64,000 nucleotides of DNA, from the NCBI GenBank assembly GCA_002269645.1, contig NIVC01002028.1:50886-114885 (forward strand), in the 5' to 3' direction. The translations under genes were made by a program, and so were the position numbers. Source of the DNA: Macrostomum lignano (taxonomy: Eukaryota). The stretch's first letter is position 1, and each line of letters begins with the position of its first letter. This document shows positions 25,101 through 35,400 of this stretch, in pieces. Below the pieces are notes generated by a model, which was given only the letters and a program-made list of their open reading frames with translations, searched no databases and was not told the DNA's origin.

Positions 25101-25638
25101 TGTAGTGTGAGCATCTTTGCGTTTATTTTGTTGTAAATTGACTGCATTAGTTTCTCTCCGTTGAACGGTCGGTTCGGCAGGGCTCTCGTTTGAGAGTAGG
25201 TTCTGGTTTAGGCCAGGGGTTAGGAGTCTTCTCCGTGGTCCTGTGTTCGGTGCCTCTTTCTTCTTCAAGCTAAGATCCGCTTGTCAGTGCGTATATAATC
25301 ATTATTTATTAACCGTTATTATCGTTTTGTCAACTCTAGTTATCGCGTCGTTTGTCTAAATCTTGTAACTCAGCTAATCAAATTAAACCGTCTAGCCAAT
25401 TATCAGTTGTATCACATAGGATTATCACTCTCTAAATCTTTCGGTTTGTGTTTCCTCGTGTTCTTTATTTTCTTGTACTGTACCTGCGGCTATTGGAGAA
25501 GACTGGTAGAACTCGCCGACCGGCGATAGGCGATTAGGATTAATAGCTTTAAAATCTCCGAACGCTCCAAGTAGGTTTGTCTAGGGCCTAAATAATTGCT
25601 CACCGTGCATGCTATTATCTAATTGCCTATTTATCACA
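25101..25638 (+). repeat. 5' LTR (538 bp)
   Basis: TGTAGTGTGAGC...TATTTATCACA; no difference from 28867-29404 noticed by eye. Confidence 0.95.
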
Positions 25639-25640
25639 AG

Positions 25641-25658
25641 TGGAGCCCCTGGGAATCC
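25641..25658 (+). promoter_or_regulatory. Putative primer-binding site
   Basis: TGGAGCCCCTGGGAATCC starts 2 nt after the LTR; its complement resembles a tRNA 3' end (CCA plus T-arm). The tRNA is not assigned. Confidence 0.55.
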
Positions 25659-26163
25659 AATAGTTAGCAGGCGGCAGTTTATTGGTAGGCGCTCTAAGTG
25701 AGCAAGCTGAGACTAAAATTCAACGAGTCTGTTCCAGGCTCGTAGCGGCTATTTCGTCAACCACGCAGTGTGCAGCAATTCCGCATTAGGTGTGGTTTTG
25801 CGGTTGGCCAGTTACCCCAAAATACTGAATAGGATTTAGGAGTGGGAAAAATAAAATTGACTTTCTAAACTCAAATTAGCACTTTAATAGAAACTTGCGT
25901 GTGAAAGTAGATTTTGTTTACAGTTGAAAATTTTATTAGTGTTTATTAGCATAGTCTGCGAGTGCGCGCACTAGAGAGTACATTGGTTGAATTTGTCTCA
26001 GTGTACATTCAGTTTTTCTTATCAGTTATTGCCAGTGCGAGCGAGGCGACCGATTCCGCTCATTAGATAAAATAGAAAGCTAGATCATTGAAATTGTTAT
26101 AGCTTTACAAGTTGTACTTTCTGAAGTTGCAGTAATAGAAATTCCAATTGGTTGACACTTAGC

Positions 26164-27396
26164 ATGGCGCAAGACGGAGAAAATAGTCAGGAATCGAAGT
26201 CAGTTGAGATTAGGAACGAAGGCGAAGTAGATGAGGCCGAACATTTGAGAACAGTAGTGAGAGAACTGCAGGATCGCATAAGAAGAATGGAAACCGAAAA
26301 TCCTGAACCTAGAGTGATTTTGAAGTCGCATAACAGCGTAGCAAAGCCCAAGCCATACCGACTTGGCTCAGATTTCGAATTGTTTCTAAGAATCTTCAAC
26401 AACTACTGTCAAGGCAACAGTATAGACGAATCGGCTAAAGTGTATCAACTATTGTCGCTCCTAGACGAAGACGCCTACAAGGTTTACATTAACTTAGGCC
26501 TAGCGAGCACCGAATCATTTGAAAGCATCGAAAAGACTTTAAAGGACAAATTTAAGCCCGTAGGACAGAAGGAAGAAGCGAAGCTAGAGCTGATGAACCG
26601 CAAGCAGAAGGAAGACGAATCATTAGAAGAATTTTACGACGCATTAGTTGAATTAGTTAGGAAAGCAGGACTAGAGAGTCAGGCTAGAGAGCGAGTTTCT
26701 GAACGATTTGAAGCCGGCATAGCAAATTATAAAGTCAGGCGCGCAGTTATTGCCTATCGTAGAACCCATGAATCGAAGTATCAGACTCAAGATTTATTGA
26801 CTGCAGCTAAGAATGAGGAGATCCTCGAAGAACTCGCAAACCCAGGTAGCCAAAAGAATAGAAGGAAGCAGGAGGGCTCAAATACTTTGACAGCTCAAGT
26901 AGAAAAAGAGCAGAAAAAGCCAGCACCCAGCGCGGACCAAGGCCACCAGTCATTTGGACCTCAGTTTGCTTCCCCGAGCAATTATCCTTCGCAGTACCAA
27001 CCGTACCAGAATTATCAGCCTCAGTTCGACTACAGGCAATGGCAACCTAGGTTTGCCCATAGACAAATGAACCCAAGCTATAGGCCACAGGCACCAGTGC
27101 AGCCTCAGAATAGCTTCCGGCCACAGCATCATATGAGCAGCTACTCAAGACCCTATAATAGGCAGTCTTCGCCTTTTGTCAGGCCCGCCATGACACGCCC
27201 GCCACGCTTTGGTCACGAGGCCGGAGGGGCCAATGACAGGTTCAAACCTTCGGGGGCGAACGCGCCAAATGCGAGAAAGGCCTGTTATGAGTGCGGCGAA
27301 GAAACTCACCTGGCTAGAGACTGCCCAGTTAGACGAAATTCTTTAAACTACCGACGGGGCGGCACCAAGGGAGGGCCAACCGCCCCCAGCCACTAA
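26164..27396 (+). CDS. gag: Retrotransposon Gag (capsid-like domain, Q/P-rich linker, CCHC zinc knuckle), 410 aa from ATG 26164
   Basis: ORF inside the LTRs; capsid-like segment QKEDESLEEFYDALVELVRKA; knuckle CYECGEETHLARDC (CX2CX4HX4C). Confidence 0.93.
   Translation: MAQDGENSQESKSVEIRNEGEVDEAEHLRTVVRELQDRIRRMETENPEPRVILKSHNSVAKPKPYRLGSDFELFLRIFNNYCQGNSIDESAKVYQLLSLLDEDAYKVYINLGLASTESFESIEKTLKDKFKPVGQKEEAKLELMNRKQKEDESLEEFYDALVELVRKAGLESQARERVSERFEAGIANYKVRRAVIAYRRTHESKYQTQDLLTAAKNEEILEELANPGSQKNRRKQEGSNTLTAQVEKEQKKPAPSADQGHQSFGPQFASPSNYPSQYQPYQNYQPQFDYRQWQPRFAHRQMNPSYRPQAPVQPQNSFRPQHHMSSYSRPYNRQSSPFVRPAMTRPPRFGHEAGGANDRFKPSGANAPNARKACYECGEETHLARDCPVRRNSLNYRRGGTKGGPTAPSH
27342..27386 (+). 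promoter_or_regulatory. -1 programmed ribosomal frameshift signal
   Basis: Slippery heptamer T TTA AAC (27342-27348) in the correct gag phase; 7-nt spacer TACCGAC; 7-bp GC stem GGGGCGG (27356-27362) pairing with CCGCCCC (27380-27386). Confidence 0.8.
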
Positions 27397-27947
27397 ACCG
27401 ATTCACTCCCAATAGAAGAGCTGCAGCAGTAGAGGACCAGCAAGACAGCTCAGTCAATGTAGAATATGGCAACTTAGTTTGGTACAATTATTACAGAGGC
27501 TACGGATTTCTGCGAGATAACGATAATAGAGATATATTCTTTCATGTGACTAATACTAATATAGCAACTGATTACGAAATTATGCATTTTCTGCGCCAGA
27601 GGGCGACAGTAAAATTTATTCGCACTAACGATACTACTCATAGTAGGAAACAGAGAGCGGTCAATGTTAAAATTTGCTCAAGCGAGGAACGCAGATTAGC
27701 AGAAATTGACAAACAGAAGTCAGCGAGCTTAGCTAGACAGTCAGAGGCGTTGACAGAAGAATTAGAGAAACGAAGCGAAGCTGCAGCAGCTCAGAGAAGT
27801 GCATTAAACAGCATAGACTTGCGACTTAGTGAAGTAGAAGGAAAGAAAGCTTCAGCAGACGAATCTAAGGTAGTAAAAGAATTATCAGATCTAAGAACCG
27901 AATTGAAGGACTTGCGCCAATGCTTGGCTGGAAAGGAAGTTCACTAG
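27348..27947 (+). CDS. -1-frame ORF (199 aa): cold-shock domain plus coiled coil; predicted Gag-CSD fusion of about 594 aa
   Basis: Frame is open from just after TAG 27330-27332 to 27947. It translates ...YGNLVWYNYYRGYGFLRDNDNRDIFFHVTNTNIATDYEIMHFLRQRATVKFIRTNDTTHSRKQRAVNVK..., with CSD RNP1-like RGYGFL, RNP2-like IFFH and terminal AVNV, then a heptad-rich K/E/L segment. Confidence 0.78.
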   Translation, partial: LPTGRHQGRANRPQPLNRFTPNRRAAAVEDQQDSSVNVEYGNLVWYNYYRGYGFLRDNDNRDIFFHVTNTNIATDYEIMHFLRQRATVKFIRTNDTTHSRKQRAVNVKICSSEERRLAEIDKQKSASLARQSEALTEELEKRSEAAAAQRSALNSIDLRLSEVEGKKASADESKVVKELSDLRTELKDLRQCLAGKEVH

Positions 27948-28850
27948 AGCCGGCGTCCTGGACACGACGTTAAACTGCGACCGCTAGGGAAGACGGAATG
28001 ACATTAACCAGTGCTTGTCCTGGGCACGACAGAAAACTGCAGCCATTGGGCGGTGAATTTCGCCACGGGGATTGGTCCTGGGCAAGACCATAAACTGCAG
28101 CCAATGGGCGATAGTTTTCGCGCGCTGAGTGTTAGTCCGCCACGGGAGCGTGGGTGGAACTTTATTATCGTCGAGGCATCCAATTAGAGATAAGCGTCGT
28201 GGGAAATTGCGATAAGAATTCCGCTGTGGAGACAGCGAGGGTCGTAGCGCCCACCCTACCTTTTTAGGAGGGGGGAGGTGCGGATAGTTAAATCAGCGAG
28301 TAATAAAATTTTGCCAGCCGATAAGGTTCATCTTGGCACGTCGGAAGTGTGTAATTTGATTAACTTGTGTAAAATGCGTCAACGCGTTATTTGTTCTTGG
28401 TGATGGGTAGCATGCGTTTTGCTTTAAGTTTTCGATTGTAGAAAGTCGTGCCATAGTTTGCGTAAACGTTGCGTTCCGTCGCGATTTGTTTCGATTTATT
28501 TATTGATTTGCTTGTGTTTGTCGTGCCGCGTATTGAATAGTAGCTTTGCTTATGTATTTGATTGCGTTTTGCCGTGTCATAGAATTGTATTTGTGTTCTT
28601 GTTTGCGTTTCATTGTCGCGTCATGTTTTGCATAGTGAATTACGTTGTGTTCCCATTTGCGTTTTTTTTTCCCAGTTGCTATAGTTATACCCTTGTTATA
28701 TTGCTCTTGTTCTTGAATTTTGAAATTTGCTTTCCGCGAATGCGTTCCGTGCTGTACTGTACCAACTTGCTTACTAGGAGTAGTATGTCGTGAATATGAC
28801 GCAAATTTTCATTTGTTGTAAAAGTTTTTTCTTCTTTTGTACTCTATTTC

Positions 28851-28866
28851 TTTTAGGAGGGGGGAG
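28851..28866 (+). promoter_or_regulatory. Polypurine tract with upstream T-run
   Basis: TTTTAGGAGGGGGGAG immediately precedes the TG of the 3' LTR. Confidence 0.9.
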
Positions 28867-29404
28867 TGTAGTGTGAGCATCTTTGCGTTTATTTTGTTGT
28901 AAATTGACTGCATTAGTTTCTCTCCGTTGAACGGTCGGTTCGGCAGGGCTCTCGTTTGAGAGTAGGTTCTGGTTTAGGCCAGGGGTTAGGAGTCTTCTCC
29001 GTGGTCCTGTGTTCGGTGCCTCTTTCTTCTTCAAGCTAAGATCCGCTTGTCAGTGCGTATATAATCATTATTTATTAACCGTTATTATCGTTTTGTCAAC
29101 TCTAGTTATCGCGTCGTTTGTCTAAATCTTGTAACTCAGCTAATCAAATTAAACCGTCTAGCCAATTATCAGTTGTATCACATAGGATTATCACTCTCTA
29201 AATCTTTCGGTTTGTGTTTCCTCGTGTTCTTTATTTTCTTGTACTGTACCTGCGGCTATTGGAGAAGACTGGTAGAACTCGCCGACCGGCGATAGGCGAT
29301 TAGGATTAATAGCTTTAAAATCTCCGAACGCTCCAAGTAGGTTTGTCTAGGGCCTAAATAATTGCTCACCGTGCATGCTATTATCTAATTGCCTATTTAT
29401 CACA
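28867..29404 (+). repeat. 3' LTR (538 bp)
   Basis: Copy of 25101-25638 followed by the TSD ATAT. Confidence 0.95.
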
Positions 29405-31678
29405 ATATGCTCAGATATCATATGCTCAGATACCATATGCTCAGATACCATATGCTCAGATACCATATGCTCAGATACCATATGCTCAGATACCATATGC
29501 TCAGATTCCATATGCTCAGATACCATATGCTCAGATACCATATGCTCAGATACCATATGCTCAGATACCATATGCTCAGATACCATATGCTCAGATACCA
29601 TATGCTCAGATATTATATGCTCAGATATTATATGCTCAGATACCATATGCTCAGATACCATATGCTCAGATACCATATACTCAGATATTATATGCTCAGA
29701 TATTATATGCTCAGATACCATATGCTCAGATACCATATGCTCAGATATTATATGCTCAGATACCATATGCTCAGATATTATATGCTCAGATACCATATGC
29801 TCAGATACCATATGCTCAGATACCATATGCTCAGATATTATATGCTCAGATATTATATGCTCAGATACCATATGCTCAGATACCATATGCTCAGATACCA
29901 TATACTCAGATATTATATGCTCAGATATTATATGCTCAGATGCCATATGCTCAGATGCCATATGCTCAGATACCATATGCTCAGATACCATATGCTCAGA
30001 TACCATATGCTCAGATATTATATGCTCAGATACCATATGCTCAGATGCCATATGCTCAGATACCATATACTCAGATATTATATGCTCAGATACCATATGC
30101 TCAGATATTATATGCTCAGATACCATATGCTCAGATACCATATACTCAGATACCATATGCTCAGATACCATATGCTCAGATACCATATGCTCAGATATTA
30201 TATGCTCAGATACCATATGCTCAGATACCATATGCTCAGATACCATATGCTCAGATACCATATGCTCAGATATTATATGCTCAGATACCATATGCTCAGA
30301 TACCATATACTCAGATATTATATGCTCAGATATTATATGCTCAGATACCATATACTCAGATACCATATGCTCAGATATTATATGCTCAGATACCATATGC
30401 TCAGATACCATATACTCAGATACCATATACTCAGATATTATATGCTCAGATATTATATGCTCAGATATTATATGCTCAGATACCATATGCTCAGATATTA
30501 TATGCTCAGATACCATATACTCAGATACCATATGCTCAGATACCATATGCTCAGATACCATATGCTCAGATATTATATGCTCAGATACCATATGCTCAGA
30601 TACCATATACTCAGATACCATATACTCAGATACCATATGCTCAGATATTATATGCTCAGATACCATATGCTCAGATACCATATGCTCAGATACCATATAC
30701 TCAGATACCATATGCTCAGATATTATATGCTCAGATACCATATGCTCAGATACCATATGCTCAGATATTATATGCTCAGATACCATATGCTCAGATATTA
30801 TATGCTCAGATACCATATGCTCAGATACCATATGCTCAGATATTATATGCTCAGATACCATATGCTCAGATATTATATGCTCAGATACCATATGCTCAGA
30901 TATTATATGCTCAGATACCATATGCTCAGATATTATATGCTCAGATACCATATGCTCAGATATTATATGCTCAGATACCATATGCTCAGATATTATATGC
31001 TCAGATACCATATACTCAGATACCATATGCTCAGATATTATATGCTCAGATACCATATACTCAGATACCATTTGCTCAGATATTATATGCTCAGATACCA
31101 TATGCTCAGATACCATATGCTCAGATATTATATGCTCAGATACCATATGCTCAGATATTATATGCTCAGATACCATATGCTCAGATATTATATGCTCAGA
31201 TACCATATGCTCAGATACCATATGCTCAGATACCATATACTCAGATACCATATGCTCAGATACCATATGCTCAGATACCATATGCTCAGATACCATATGC
31301 TCAGATACCATATGCTCAGATATTATATGCTCAGATACCATATGCTCAGATATTATATGCTCAGATACCATATGCTCAGATATTATATGCTCAGATACCA
31401 TATGCTCAGATACCATATGCTCAGATACCATATGCTCAGATATTATATGCTCAGATACCATATGCTCAGATACCATATGCTCAGATACCATATGCTCAGA
31501 TACCATATGCTCAGATACCATATGCTCAGATACCATATGCTCAGATACCATATGCTCAGATACCATATGCTCAGATACCATATGCTCAGATACCATATGC
31601 TCAGATACCATATGCTCAGATACCATATGCTCAGATACCAAATGCTTAGATATCACATGCTCGGATACCATATGCTCA
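29405..31678. repeat. 15-bp satellite (GATACCATATGCTCA)n, unit 1 main array
   Basis: Period of 15 bp with variants GATATT-, -ATACTC-, GATGCC-; source of the artefactual 570-810 aa ORFs. Confidence 0.98.
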
Positions 31679-32205
31679 GGGAGAAAAGAGATTTGCTCAG
31701 ACGCCATCAGATACCCTGAGAGGAAATTTCCCCGTGACAATTTTTCTGCACCGGAGCGGAGCATCGCAGGCACACGAAATTAAAAAACACGGTCAAATCT
31801 TTTGTTGCGCACCTTTTCATCAATAGTCACGTCGAGATATTCAAAAATTCTGCCAGAAATTCGGATTTTCGCGCGCTAGTGTATTCAGTACACCCCTGTG
31901 CGCCAATCAGCACTGCGTCTCAACCTGGCCTCGCCGAGCCTCCAAGTTTCATCAGCACGTCGACCATGTGTCTGCATCAGCTCTGACTTTGTTGATCACT
32001 GGCCATAACTCAGGCAGAGCTTCTGGAGCTTCAACACTGGCACCAGGTGACAAAGTTGCTACCATGTTATGTAGTTATTTAAGTTTTTTATTAAAGTCCC
32101 TTTTTGGTAGCTCTACTGACAATTCTACTTTTTGAATGAGAAAAAATTGAGCAATAAATTAATTATACATGTCTCTCTCCGATATCAAATTTTGAAACCG
32201 ATATC

Positions 32206-32403
32206 AAACTAATGAATAACAATTAGTGTTGGTGAAGTGAAATCTGGCTTTAAATAACATGATCGAAAAATGCAAACAATGCATTTGATGGGAATAGAGT
32301 AAAATATTCAACACAATTTAATTGTCTCTGATTGATGGAAAATGACAGAAGTCTCGCATCATGATTAAAACTTATATTATACAAAACAAACGAAAATGCA
32401 CAC
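32206..32403 (-). repeat. Inverted partner of 23264-23430
   Basis: Reverse-complement homology as described for 23264-23430. Confidence 0.85.
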
Positions 32404-32460
32404 ACATTGATCCTGATTTTAAATTACCTCTTTGATATTTAACGTGCACTAATAGTTAAT

Positions 32461-35400
32461 AGAGGCAGATTCAAGAACACTGAGGGGAGCGGAGAGGCAG
32501 ATTCAAGGACACTGAGGGGAGCGGAGAGCCACATTCAAGGACACTGAGGGGAGCGGAGAGCCACATTCAAGGACACTGAGGGGAGCGGAGAGCCACATTC
32601 AAGGACACTGAGGGGAGCCGAGAGGCAGATTCAAGGACACTGAGGGGAGCGGAGAGCCACATTCAAGGACACTGAGGGGAGCGGAGAGGCAGATTCAAGG
32701 ACACTGAGGGGAGCGGAGAGGCAGGTTCAAGGACACTGAGGGGAGCGGAGAGGCAGATTCAAGGACACTGAGGGGAGCGAGAGGCAGGTTCAAGGACACT
32801 GAGGGGAGCGGAGAGGCAGGTTCAAGGACACTGAGGGGAGCGGAGAGGCAGATTCAAGGACACTGAGGGGAGCGGAGAGGCAGATTCAAGGACACTGAGG
32901 GGAGCGGAGAGGCAGGTTCAAGGACACTGAGGGGAGCGGAGAGGCAGATTCAAGGACACTGAGGGGAGCGGAGAGGCAGATTCAAGGACACTGAGGGGAG
33001 CGGAGAGGCAGATTCAAGGACACTGAGGGGAGCGGAGAGCCACATTCAAGGACACTGAGGGGAGCGAGAGGCAGATTCAAGGACACTGAGGGGAGCGGAG
33101 AGGCAGATTCAAGGACACTGAGGGGAGCGGAGAGGCAGATTCAAGGACACTGAGGGGAGCGGAGAGGCAGATTCAAGGACACTGAGGGGAGCGGAGAGCC
33201 ACATTCAAGGACACTGAGGGGAGCGGAGAGGCAGATTCAAGGACACTGAGGGGAGCGGAGAGGCAGATTCAAGGACACTGAGGGGAGCCGAGAGGCAGAT
33301 TCAAGGACACTGAGGGGAGCGGAGAGGCAGGTTCAAGGACACTGAGGGGAGCGGAGAGGCAGGTTCAAGGACACTGAGGGGAGCGGAGAGCCACATTCAA
33401 GGACACTGAGGGGAGCGGAGAGGCAGATTCAAGGACACTGAGGGGAGCGGAGAGGCAGGTTCAAGGACACTGAGGGGAGCGGAGAGGCAGGTTCAAGGAC
33501 ACTGAGGGGAGCGGAGAGGCAGATTCAAGGACACTGAGGGGAGCGGAGAGGCAGATTCAAGGACACTGAGGGGAGCGGAGAGGCAGGTTCAAGGACACTG
33601 AGGGGAGCGGAGAGGCAGATTCAAGGACACTGAGGGGAGCGGAGAGGCAGGTTCAAGGACACTGAGGGGAGCGGAGAGCCACATTCAAGGACACTGAGGG
33701 GAGCGGAGAGGCAGGTTCAAGGACACTGAGGGGAGCCGAGAGGCAGATTCAAGGACACTGAGGGGAGCGGAGAGCCACATTCAAGGACACTGAGGGGAGC
33801 GGAGAGGCAGGTTCAAGGACACTGAGGGGAGCGGAGAGGCAGATTCAAGGACACTGAGGGGAGCGGAGAGGCAGATTCAAGGACACTGAGGGGAGCGGAG
33901 AGGCAGATTCAAGGACACTGAGGGGAGCGGAGAGGCAGGTTCAAGGACACTGAGGGGAGCGGAGAGGCAGGTTCAAGGACACTGAGGGGAGCGGAGAGGC
34001 AGATTCAAGGACACTGAGGGGAGCGGAGAGGCAGATTCAAGGACACTGAGGGGAGCGGAGAGGCAGGTTCAAGGACACTGAGGGGAGCGGAGAGGCAGGT
34101 TCAAGGACACTGAGGGGAGCGGAGAGGCAGATTCAAGGACACTGAGGGGAGCGGAGAGGCAGATTCAAGGACACTGAGGGGAGCGGAGAGGCAGGTTCAA
34201 GGACACTGAGGGGAGCGGAGAGGCAGGTTCAAGGACACTGAGGGGAGCGGAGAGGCAGGTTCAAGGACACTGAGGGGAGCGGAGAGGCAGATTCAAGGAC
34301 ACTGAGGGGAGCGGAGAGGCAGGTTCAAGGACACTGAGGGGAGCGGAGAGGCAGATTCAAGGACACTGAGGGGAGCGGAGAGGCAGATTCAAGGACACTG
34401 AGGGGAGCGGAGAGGCAGATTCAAGGACACTGAGGGGAGCGGAGAGCCACATTCAAGGACACTGAGGGGAGCGGAGAGGCAGATTCAAGGACACTGAGGG
34501 GAGCGGAGAGGCAGATTCAAGGACACTGAGGGGAGCGAGAGGCAGATTCAAGGACACTGAGGGGAGCGGAGAGGCAGATTCAAGGACACTGAGGGGAGCG
34601 GAGAGGCAGATTCAAGGACACTGAGGGGAGCGAGAGGCAGATTCAAGGACACTGAGGGGAGCGAGAGGCAGGTTCAAGGACACTGAGGGGAGCGGAGAGG
34701 CAGGTTCAAGGACACTGAGGGGAGCGGAGAGCCACATTCAAGGACACTGAGGGGAGCGGAGAGGCAGATTCAAGGACACTGAGGGGAGCGGAGAGGCAGG
34801 TTCAAGGACACTGAGGGGAGCGGAGAGGCAGGTTCAAGGACACTGAGGGGAGCGGAGAGGCAGATTCAAGGACACTGAGGGGAGCGGAGAGGCAGATTCA
34901 AGGACACTGAGGGGAGCGGAGAGGCAGGTTCAAGGACACTGAGGGGAGCGGAGAGGCAGATTCAAGGACACTGAGGGGAGCGGAGAGCCACATTCAAGGA
35001 CACTGAGGGGAGCGGAGAGCACATTCAAGGACACTGAGGGGAGCGGAGAGGCAGATTCAAGGACACTGAGGGGAGCGAGAGGCAGATTCAAGGACACTGA
35101 GGGGAGCGGAGAGCCACATTCAAGGACACTGAGGGGAGCGGAGAGGCAGGTTCAAGGACACTGAGGGGAGCGGAGAGGCAGATTCAAGGACACTGAGGGG
35201 AGCGGAGAGGCAGATTCAAGGACACTGAGGGGAGCGAGAGGCAGATTCAAGGACACTGAGGGGAGCGGAGAGGCAGGTTCAAGGACACTGAGGGGAGCGG
35301 AGAGGCAGGTTCAAGGACACTGAGGGGAGCGGAGAGGCAGATTCAAGGACACTGAGGGGAGCGGAGAGGCAGATTCAAGGACACTGAGGGGAGCGGAGAG

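Larger units (their letters stand above)
25101..29404 (+). mobile_element. Pol-less LTR retroelement (4304 bp) encoding Gag and a -1-frame cold-shock-domain/coiled-coil extension
   Basis: Two 538-bp TG...CA LTRs that look identical; 4-bp TSD ATAT (25097-25100, 29405-29408); TGG-starting PBS-like sequence; PPT; gag with CCHC knuckle; no RT/RNase H/integrase motifs seen. Confidence 0.95.

Noticed and set aside
29347-31783. Four long ORFs (569-808 aa), with the 1240-1249 aa equivalents at 42989-46842
   Set aside because: They are translations of a 15-bp satellite that lacks stops in several frames; they are open on both strands at once and have no unique domains.
31876-31898. CTAGTGTATTCAGTACACCCCTG as a hAT-like terminal repeat (CAGGGG...)
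   Set aside because: No matching partner TIR or TSD found in the window.
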